A stretch of DNA of 64,000 bases. Origin: Candidatus Bathyarchaeia archaeon (lineage in GTDB: Archaea > Thermoproteota > Bathyarchaeia > Bathyarchaeales > Bathycorpusculaceae). The stretch covers positions 1-64,000 of the forward strand of contig JBEKKX010000002.1 of assembly GCA_050010515.1 (NCBI GenBank), read 5' to 3'. Under the pieces are notes generated by a model. It did no database searches. It worked only from the letters and a program-made list of their open reading frames with translations, and was not told where the DNA came from. Below, one piece after another: positions 1 through 7,073 of this stretch. The translations under genes and the position numbers were made by a program. The stretch's first letter is position 1. Every line of letters starts with the position of its first letter.

Positions 1-63
1 CTTCAATGATTATTTTATTCTTAGGGGGGAATGGAAGGGGGGGGACTTCGAAATTTGACGTAG

Positions 64-172
64 TTAATCAACTGGTTAAAGTTTGGTTGTTCGACTATTT
101 CGAAGTTGTATGTTAAAGTACGTGGTTTTGGCTTCGGTTTTTGTCGGGCGTGATAATTAATCAGTTGTTTAA
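64..172. repeat. Pair of 16-bp palindromes TTAATCAACTGGTTAA (64-79) and TTAATCAGTTGTTTAA (157-172), downstream of G tracts at 24-44
   Basis: Read directly; same motif at 55484-55499, 57412-57427 and 57482-57497. Confidence 0.85.
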
Positions 173-216
173 ATAGGGCTTATTTTAGTGGTTGTTTGTA
201 AATTGAGCATGTTCGT

Positions 217-236
217 TGTTACGTAACATTTAAATA
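217..236 (+). promoter_or_regulatory. Palindrome TGTTACGTAACA abutting TATA box TTTAAATA
   Basis: Perfect 12-bp palindrome 217-228, TATA 229-236, upstream of ORF 282. Confidence 0.55.
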
Positions 237-281
237 GGGGAACCCTACATACTTTTCATAGTAATAATACAGGTGTTAAGT

Positions 282-467
282 ATGGAAAACATAGAAAATA
301 TAAAGGGAAGATGGTCACCGCAAGACACGGCAAAACTCAAAGAACTGTATCGGGCAAACGTCCCCGTTGATGAGATATGCCGAATCCTCAAGCGAGACAG
401 AACATCAATCCTCAATAAAGTAGAGCACACAGTTAACCTTCACCGAACCGTGAAAAGCGCAACTTAA
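282..467 (+). CDS. Small Myb/GcrA-like HTH DNA-binding protein
   Basis: WSPQDTAKLKELY...DEICRILKRDRTSILNK pattern; ATG 282 preferred over GTG 273. Confidence 0.65.
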   Translation: MENIENIKGRWSPQDTAKLKELYRANVPVDEICRILKRDRTSILNKVEHTVNLHRTVKSAT

Positions 468-489
468 ACACAACTTAAGGAATCCCCTC

Positions 490-927
490 ATGTTCGGCAA
501 TAAAAGCAAAATGGAGCAATTCGAGTATTTGGTTAGCCATCCGAAATGGTTAGAGAACATCGGGTCGGCTCGCGTTTACGTTGGCATGAGCGACTTAATA
601 ATGGAAATCTTAGGTTGCGGCGACAGAAGAACAATAGCGTTTTGGATTGGCAAAAAGAAACAATTTAGAGTACGCAATAAACAAGATAGGTTAGTAGGGA
701 GCGAAAAAAACCAAACTTTACATTGGGTTCCGACTTATCATTATGAGTATGAATGGGAAGACGCTTTTCTTCAAAGACACGGCTACATTGAAACCAGAGA
801 AGACCCAGACCAAAAACAGAGTCTCGAATTGGGTTTTGACCTTCGCACTTTCAAGATTCTTAAAGGAGTCAAAGACGGCAAAACAGTAAGTGAGCCGATT
901 CCAACTCAAAACGCACCACATCCATAG
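490..927 (+). CDS. Hypothetical protein (element A)
   Basis: 145-aa ORF in operon, AGGA upstream. Confidence 0.6.
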   Translation: MFGNKSKMEQFEYLVSHPKWLENIGSARVYVGMSDLIMEILGCGDRRTIAFWIGKKKQFRVRNKQDRLVGSEKNQTLHWVPTYHYEYEWEDAFLQRHGYIETREDPDQKQSLELGFDLRTFKILKGVKDGKTVSEPIPTQNAPHP

Positions 928-939
928 GACGGTGAAAGC

Positions 940-1422
940 ATGAGTAACCAAGAAGCATATCAGCGAAAAGAAAAGGTAATCGAAGAAGCATGTAAACGGG
1001 AAGAAAAACCGTTTGTTTCACGGTTCGATATAGCACAGGAACGATACAAACTCAACAATAAAGCCGTAATGGAGAAAGCAACCGAGAAGGAACTTATAGT
1101 TCTTGAATTGGTTAAGCAGAAACGTAAGCAAAAAATTAAGGCGTTACTTGGGAAAGAGAAAAAACAGTATTTTGGCATTTCATTTAAGCAGTTCGAAAAG
1201 GCTTGTATTTGGAACGGTCACGGCTACGGGAAATGGCAAATACATGCAACATTCAAGAATGGGTTAGATACCAAAGTTTGGGAAGAAAAAATGCAATTGA
1301 ATTACCCCAAAATATGGGAAGCGTGGATTACGAGACTTAACCATAATCGCATGGAACAGCTTAAACAGAAAGAAGCTAACAGAAAACCCTCTGTTTTTAG
1401 TAAACTGCCAATGTTCAGGTAA
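940..1422 (+). CDS. Hypothetical basic protein (element A)
   Basis: 160-aa ORF, GGTGA SD upstream. Confidence 0.65.
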   Translation: MSNQEAYQRKEKVIEEACKREEKPFVSRFDIAQERYKLNNKAVMEKATEKELIVLELVKQKRKQKIKALLGKEKKQYFGISFKQFEKACIWNGHGYGKWQIHATFKNGLDTKVWEEKMQLNYPKIWEAWITRLNHNRMEQLKQKEANRKPSVFSKLPMFR

Positions 1423-1984
1423 CCCCGTTTTTCATCAATTTTAGTTAGGTTAGTTCTTTAGTGTTAACTCTATTTTTTGGAACCCAACTATTCAACAAAA
1501 CGAGTTAGGCTAACGTTATCAGGTCAGCCTAACCTTCTGTTACTATTATAGCCCTACGAGTGTAACACCTTTATAAGCAAACAACAAGCTTTATATACTT
1601 GCTCACGCAACTACTTAAACCTTACTAATATATAAACCATTCGTTTTTAAGCCAAAACCACCTAACATATGAATATATAAATAAAACCAAATCGTCCGTT
1701 TGCCAAAACAAGCTCAAATCAAGCCGCAAACGCCAAAAGAACCTGTACAACACATATACTCCGCCGTACTTGCCACCCACAGCCGAAAATCCGATGCCAG
1801 CGTCCACTTTTAGCGGTGACGAAAAATCGTGGTTGGTTTAGTTCGGGGTTGGGACTTGGTGATAAGAGTTAGTCGTTTAGGGTTGGTTATTGTTTAGAGC
1901 TTGGTTGTTTATATAGAGTGGGTTAACGGGGCTTGATTATAGGTTGTTTGGGCAAATCCTTTATCATTTTTTGTTATTTAGAAT

Positions 1985-2020
1985 AGAAAGATTTAAATAC
2001 TCGTGTTACAACTTGTAACA
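1985..2020 (+). promoter_or_regulatory. BRE-TATA (GAAAGATTTAAATA) followed by operator-like inverted repeat TGTTACA-ACT-TGTAACA
   Basis: TATA 1992-1999; inverted repeat 2004-2020; precedes RHH-like gene. Confidence 0.65.
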
Positions 2021-2070
2021 AGTGCTGACAACCGTTACTAATAAAGGTTTCGGTTTAGGTTAAACAGAAG

Positions 2071-2442
2071 ATGAAAAAAATGATAGAAAAAACAAGAGTA
2101 ATGCGCGTTCCAGAATCAGTCTATGAATTTTGGGGCTTTCTTGAGAAATACACAGGTAAATCTAAAGTTGAAAATCAAAAAGAACTTTGTGATGTTTTAA
2201 TGCAATTATGTGCAAGACACGACACTAACAAATTCAATTTAGTTTTTGAGTTGCAAGAATTTCCAACACCACAATTACTCATTAAAACAGAGGGAATTAG
2301 CACATTTACTATTGGGAAATTTGACCCAGAGGAAGAAAAGGAGAAGGAACAGGAACGGAAGCAACGATTTTCTGAGGTTGCTTTGAGCATCGCGGAATAT
2401 AACGGTAAGTCCATTCGAACAACAGAGGTAAAAAAGCCATGA
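2071..2442 (+). CDS. Putative ribbon-helix-helix regulator with C-terminal extension
   Basis: KTRVMRVPESVYEFW...TGKSKVE...ELCDVL beta-alpha-alpha pattern. Confidence 0.5.
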   Translation: MKKMIEKTRVMRVPESVYEFWGFLEKYTGKSKVENQKELCDVLMQLCARHDTNKFNLVFELQEFPTPQLLIKTEGISTFTIGKFDPEEEKEKEQERKQRFSEVALSIAEYNGKSIRTTEVKKP

Positions 2443-3047
2443 GAATTGAAGTAAAGACTTTAGATAACGCCTCATGGAATTGGACGGTTCCATTTCATGT
2501 AGAGGAATCATTAAACGGAAAACGGTTTAAGGGAGTTTTAGCCACAGAAGGCATAAGCAACAACAAAAACATTTACGAAACAGACCTTTTGAATTCGCTT
2601 GTCGGTCAAGTAGTGGGTTTAAAAATCTTTTTTGGCACATGCACAAAAGTCAACCCAAATACGGGTCAACTTACCGCAAACATGCATGATGAAAGCGGCG
2701 AACCCATAGGTCAAATATTGAGGGGCTGGATAGAAAAAGGAAAGCTCTGGATAGAGGGCATTTTAGAAGAAAGTTTTGCCAAACTACATAAAATTTCTAA
2801 GGGATGGGGTTTAAGCCTCAAGGGGAAAGGAGCAGTTTCATACGCGGTTGACGCGGCTGGAAGTGTTTTAAGCCGCATACGAAAGATGGTTTTGTCCTCA
2901 ATTCAATTGCTTAGTCCAAATACGCCTCGTGGCATGGACTCAGCCGAAGTTAAAGAGGTTCAAGAATCGCTTTGGGTTGAACAACCATTTTCAGATGAGG
3001 AATTAGCAAGCATCATAGTAACCTTGAATGAACAGGGGTTTTTATAA
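2439..3047 (+). CDS. Prohead/capsid maturation protease-like protein (HK97/T4 gp21 assemblin fold)
   Basis: FKGVLATEGISNNKNIY, His in MHD..EPIG, Ser in GLSLKG, QLLSPNTP motifs in the expected order. Confidence 0.7.
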   Translation: MRIEVKTLDNASWNWTVPFHVEESLNGKRFKGVLATEGISNNKNIYETDLLNSLVGQVVGLKIFFGTCTKVNPNTGQLTANMHDESGEPIGQILRGWIEKGKLWIEGILEESFAKLHKISKGWGLSLKGKGAVSYAVDAAGSVLSRIRKMVLSSIQLLSPNTPRGMDSAEVKEVQESLWVEQPFSDEELASIIVTLNEQGFL

Positions 3048-3048
3048 A

Positions 3049-3756
3049 ATGTCAGAAAAAACAATTGAAATAAACGTAAAGAAAGACTCGGAAAACGAGC
3101 AGTTAAAACAGCAACTCGCCGAGAAAACTGATGAGTCAGAGGATTTAAAAAATAAGCTCGGCATAATTGCGGAAAAAAAGCTGGAAGAGAAACGTAAAGG
3201 TGTTACTGAAAAAATAAACACTCTTATTGCTGACCCAGATAAACGCGCTGAAATGCTTGAGAACTTGAAGGGTCGAACCCCAGAAGGCATCAAAGATATG
3301 GAGTACACAATGAACCTTCTTGAAGAACAGCTATCGAAAGCTAAAAACCAAAAATTCGAAGTTCCCGCTGGGAGTGCACCTATGAACTCTCAACAATTGG
3401 GTTCCAGTATAGAAACTGATGATATTTACAGGAAAAAATTCGGGTCATATGACGACATGATACGCGCACTTAGAAATGAAAGTAAATCTGAGGACAAACA
3501 GAAAGCTCAACATGCAAATCTCGTTTTAAATGCGTTGTTAAACAAGTATGCCGTTGCTCAAAAACAAATACATGAGGAAAATCGTTACTGTGAAGACGAT
3601 GCTATTCCCAAAACCGACAAAGTTCCAACTGTGGACTTTAGCAAATCAGAAGAGCCTTTTAGCGAACTTGAACGTTTTGGAATCCGCAAATCACCATTAA
3701 ATTACGCTCGTAATCAACGGCAAATAATCGGTCAAAAAGCAAAGGATGTGGCATAA
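3049..3756 (+). CDS. Coiled-coil protein, possibly scaffold-like
   Basis: Heptad E/K-rich N-terminal half; directly follows protease (TAA-A-ATG). Confidence 0.55.
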   Translation: MSEKTIEINVKKDSENEQLKQQLAEKTDESEDLKNKLGIIAEKKLEEKRKGVTEKINTLIADPDKRAEMLENLKGRTPEGIKDMEYTMNLLEEQLSKAKNQKFEVPAGSAPMNSQQLGSSIETDDIYRKKFGSYDDMIRALRNESKSEDKQKAQHANLVLNALLNKYAVAQKQIHEENRYCEDDAIPKTDKVPTVDFSKSEEPFSELERFGIRKSPLNYARNQRQIIGQKAKDVA

Positions 3757-3757
3757 A

Positions 3758-4207
3758 ATGACTTCAAAAAACGAGTATATTAAGGAAATGAATGCTGAAA
3801 AAAAGAAGATTGTTCCAACTTTATACGTTAGCGATTCGGAAGGCAAATACGGTGTCATAAATAGAAAATTTTTCGAATGCATCATGGCTTATGAGGTTTG
3901 GAGTGCAGAGCCGTTTGAAGACGACTACTTGACAACTTTTCTATCAAAACCTAAACTTCAGGAAAATGATGAGGCAATTGGCATTTGGACAACGATAGTT
4001 TACAGAGTCCACTTTCACGATGAGAAATCACGGGGGTTTGCCCAATTTGAAGCTGATAACCGAAATTCAGATGGATTGACGGTTAAGCGTACAAGCGATA
4101 AAGAAATCACTAAAGAAGAGTTTGAAACGAAACTTAAAACTCACAAGTATAAAGTTCTCCAAGAAGACGGCGGTTATTTAGTCGCTCTCAAAATGTACGT
4201 TAAATAG
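3758..4207 (+). CDS. Hypothetical protein (element A)
   Basis: ORF coupled by TAA-A-ATG. Confidence 0.6.
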   Translation: MTSKNEYIKEMNAEKKKIVPTLYVSDSEGKYGVINRKFFECIMAYEVWSAEPFEDDYLTTFLSKPKLQENDEAIGIWTTIVYRVHFHDEKSRGFAQFEADNRNSDGLTVKRTSDKEITKEEFETKLKTHKYKVLQEDGGYLVALKMYVK

Positions 4208-4217
4208 GTAGGAGAAA

Positions 4218-4325
4218 ATGCCCGATGGACTCAGAGACGAAGACTTTGAAAAAGAAATCGTCCAACAAATTCGAACTAATCAAAATAAATCACGTAAAAA
4301 GGAGATGAAAAAACAACATGAGTGA
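4218..4325 (+). CDS. 35-aa small ORF MPDGLRDEDFEKEIVQQ...
   Basis: AGGAG SD; stop overlaps the start of the next gene. Confidence 0.4.
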   Translation: MPDGLRDEDFEKEIVQQIRTNQNKSRKKEMKKQHE

Positions 4326-4668
4326 TGCACAAACAGAAAATCAAAGTAAAGTTTCACAAGTAAAGGCTAATCCGACAATGAGCACTCTCGATGCACTTGT
4401 CCATGAACGCGACTTAGAAACCCAGAGACAGAAGCGCAAAGACTCAACGGTTGAAGTAAAGGCAGATGCTTATACTCCAAGCAGAAACGATATGGTACCT
4501 TTAGGTGCCGATAAATCAACTGTCAATGGCGACAAATCCGAGCAAGACCTAAGCGAAGAATATCCAGTTGAAGAAATGAATGCAATAAAGGAACCGCAAA
4601 AAATCGGCAAACCAAGTCCGACTCCCGTAATAGAAAATGAGGACGAAATACCCTCAGAAGATGACTAA
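4318..4668 (+). CDS. Acidic low-complexity hypothetical protein
   Basis: 116-aa ORF, AGGAG upstream. Confidence 0.6.
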   Translation: MSDAQTENQSKVSQVKANPTMSTLDALVHERDLETQRQKRKDSTVEVKADAYTPSRNDMVPLGADKSTVNGDKSEQDLSEEYPVEEMNAIKEPQKIGKPSPTPVIENEDEIPSEDD

Positions 4669-4673
4669 TTCAA

Positions 4674-4843
4674 GTGATTAGGGACATCGTGCGGTGTTTT
4701 GCCATAACATCCACAATTCTGTGCGGTGTCTCTATCACATCGGTACGGGGGAAAGTCACTATTCCCCTGTGCCTTAAACTTACAAAAAACATAGCGTCTC
4801 TACAACCATTCGGGGATGGGGGGTTACCTTTCCCCCCCGTCCT
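4674..4843 (+). ncRNA. Candidate structured RNA: three consecutive GU-containing hairpins
   Basis: Stems 4674-4692/4721-4738, 4742-4753/4762-4773 and 4814-4823/4833-4842. Confidence 0.45.
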
Positions 4844-4869
4844 TAAATTAATTAACTAAGGTGAAAAAT

Positions 4870-4974
4870 ATGAATAAAAAGAAAATCGTAAAAGAATTCA
4901 AGGGCAAGGAAATTGAAACCGAAGAATTGTGCATTCTTAGGTGGATGAGCGTCAAGCCTAAAGAGGATGATTAA
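4870..4974 (+). CDS. 34-aa small ORF MNKKKIVKEFKGKEI...
   Basis: AGGTGA SD; ends 2 nt before next ATG. Confidence 0.4.
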   Translation: MNKKKIVKEFKGKEIETEELCILRWMSVKPKEDD

Positions 4975-4976
4975 AA

Positions 4977-5504
4977 ATGACAGAAGAAAATGATAAAGAA
5001 CAAGAAAATAATGAAGAAAATCAATCTATCCACACTCAAGAACCTGAAGAGGAATCCCCAGAGGAAAACGTAGAGAATGAGGAAAACTCAGATGTTGACA
5101 TAGACAATTCCGAAGAGACAAGTGAGGAAGAGCAATATCAAATAGAGCTTGAGAAGTGGTTCGCGGAACTTGAGAAACTGCACGGCGTACCCTTCGCTAA
5201 TGAGATGCGTAAGAAAATCCTTTTGGACAAGCAAATCGCTAATGAACTTGATTATATGGCTTATTCTAAACAGGCTCATGAAGATGCACAGGAAAGGCTA
5301 CAAGTAATCAGAGACCAAAACGATGCGCTTTTTGAGAGAACCCAGAAGTTAGTTGAACAAGCCACAAACCTAAACGCTAAGTCGTATGCACGATTTAACA
5401 AATTCTTAGATGATAGTGAAGTCCGCGACAAAGCATTGGAAAGTCAACTTAGCCAAATAATGGAACTTAAACGGAAAAAGTTGGAAAAGGACTTAGAAAA
5501 GTAA
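4977..5504 (+). CDS. Acidic N-terminus plus coiled-coil hypothetical protein
   Basis: E/N-rich first ~55 aa, helical C-terminus. Confidence 0.65.
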   Translation: MTEENDKEQENNEENQSIHTQEPEEESPEENVENEENSDVDIDNSEETSEEEQYQIELEKWFAELEKLHGVPFANEMRKKILLDKQIANELDYMAYSKQAHEDAQERLQVIRDQNDALFERTQKLVEQATNLNAKSYARFNKFLDDSEVRDKALESQLSQIMELKRKKLEKDLEK

Positions 5505-6107
5505 ATGCAACAACTCCAAACTTTAGAAATACTATGCCCTTTTTGTAATGATAGTACAGTTGTTCGGCATGGCTTATCCAACGATGGAAGCAAACAGCGA
5601 TTTATCTGTCGTTCATGCGGAAAGAACTTTTTTGTTTCCTTAACAACTTCACAAATTATCCAGCCTATTAAGCAACCAAATAGGCACCTGACAAGAAAAC
5701 CAACAGGGCAATCGGCAAGATTTAAAATGCTAATACCTATTCCCGATGACGTTAAATGCCCAAGATGTAATGGTGTAAGCCTTCAAAGGCATGGTAAATC
5801 CCCTAATGGAAAGCAAAGGTACTTTTGTAAAACTTGCCGAATAAAATTTGTTTTCGGCTTTAAATCTAATCAACAAAAAATGATGAGTAACAGAATAATT
5901 CACATGTCACATTTGGCAATTGATAATTGTATAGAAATACCTTGCTTTTTATGCCCAGATAACGACAAGATTTGTTCAACTCTTGAATGCGGCAAATTAT
6001 CAGCGTGGTTGAATAGTCCACCTATTCATGGGTATATCCCTAAAGTTGAGGAATATGAGTTAGGCGATACAGGAGAATTTGAAGATACATGGAGACGCAA
6101 TAGGTAA
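5505..6107 (+). CDS. Two IS1/InsA-type Zn ribbons fused to a TFEbeta/RPC34-like 4-Cys Fe-S motif
   Basis: Two CPxC..RHG....GxQRxxCxxC ribbons; C-terminal PCFLCPDNDKIC....CGKLSAW. Confidence 0.65.
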   Translation: MQQLQTLEILCPFCNDSTVVRHGLSNDGSKQRFICRSCGKNFFVSLTTSQIIQPIKQPNRHLTRKPTGQSARFKMLIPIPDDVKCPRCNGVSLQRHGKSPNGKQRYFCKTCRIKFVFGFKSNQQKMMSNRIIHMSHLAIDNCIEIPCFLCPDNDKICSTLECGKLSAWLNSPPIHGYIPKVEEYELGDTGEFEDTWRRNR

Positions 6108-6745
6108 TGTTTGACACAGAAACCCACGAAGCTAAACTACGAGAGCTTAACGAGCGTTATATAGCGGGCAAACTGTCACGGGAAGGCGTTCAAAATGAAA
6201 TTAGCTGTTTGCTCGGCGAAACGAATTTGGCTTTCCGACTTCAAAACCGTTTGCTTCAAGCGGTAAACGGGGAACTTTCCGCAAAGGGAAAAGAGCGTAT
6301 AAACTTGAAGCAATACCTTGCAAAATGTGGGGAAATAGAGGATTCAATTATTCAAAGCGAGTTTCCATTCGCATTTTTCCAAGAAGCAACCTTAGAAGAA
6401 ATCGAGGCGTTAGACCCTACCCTTTTCGACTCAAAAACCTTAATGCTTATCGTAATTTCGGCTCTTCGCATGTACATCGATAACGAACAAGAAAACGACC
6501 CTAAAGCTGAAGCTCTACATAAAATCTATCTTGAGCTAAAAATTTCGCTATGTGCTTTAATCCCAGAATTTCCGAAAGAGGATGGTTTTGTTGATTATCT
6601 GGATAACCGTGAATCTAAATTATTAGCCGAACAACTCAAACAAACAGGGGAAAAATGTCCGTATTGCTCAGGTACCCACATCCAGAAATATGGGCAAAAA
6701 AAGTTCAAATGTGTATCTTGCGGGCACTATTGGAGAACCAAGTAA
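6107..6745 (+). CDS. Helical protein with C-terminal Zn ribbon
   Basis: CPYCSGTHIQKYGQKKFKCVSCGHYWR. Confidence 0.65.
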   Translation: MFDTETHEAKLRELNERYIAGKLSREGVQNEISCLLGETNLAFRLQNRLLQAVNGELSAKGKERINLKQYLAKCGEIEDSIIQSEFPFAFFQEATLEEIEALDPTLFDSKTLMLIVISALRMYIDNEQENDPKAEALHKIYLELKISLCALIPEFPKEDGFVDYLDNRESKLLAEQLKQTGEKCPYCSGTHIQKYGQKKFKCVSCGHYWRTK

Positions 6746-6962
6746 CTTAGGGGATGTCATCATAGAATTGATGCATTCCCCTTTATGGTAATTGAAGAAA
6801 GTTGAGTAAGTAGCTCTATTCAAGCTGGTAGGGTGACGCTAACCAACTAATGGTCACGTTAGCTGACGAAGACGAAAGCAGATGGTCACTCTCTCTGTAA
6901 GTAGCCAATTAACTTTCTCCATTACAAATATTGACCTAAAAAAGAAGGAAAAAAATGAGGCT

Positions 6963-7073
6963 TTAACGGTTTGCTACGCTGTCGAGATAGCTGTTAGCCA
7001 TGTCAAGTTTAGAATTCGTTTTCCGCAACTCGGCTAAGATTTCTCTTAAGACCTCAAGTTCTTCAGTTGTCAT
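6963..7073 (-). CDS. 36-aa helical ORF coupled to integrase A
   Basis: ATGA overlap with integrase stop; MTTEELEVLREILAELRKTNSKLD...; followed by T tract. Confidence 0.5.
   Translation of the reverse strand: MTTEELEVLREILAELRKTNSKLDMANSYLDSVANR

Noticed and set aside
24-172. Chromosomal oriC with ORB/G-string elements
   Set aside because: G tracts are present, but there is no ORB-like TCCAxTxGAAA consensus and no cdc6/orc1 nearby
1625-1807. 60-aa minus-strand ORF
   Set aside because: By-product of G/T skew; no supporting signals
4674-4859. 61-aa ORF from the track
   Set aside because: Coincides with the hairpin cluster, has no SD and an atypical composition
5505-6745. IS1/IS1595 transposase
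   Set aside because: Only Zn ribbons; no DDE domain, no terminal inverted repeats
6863-6877. CTGACGA-AGAC-GAAA resembling a hammerhead ribozyme core
   Set aside because: No stem II pairing and no correctly placed NUH/stem III
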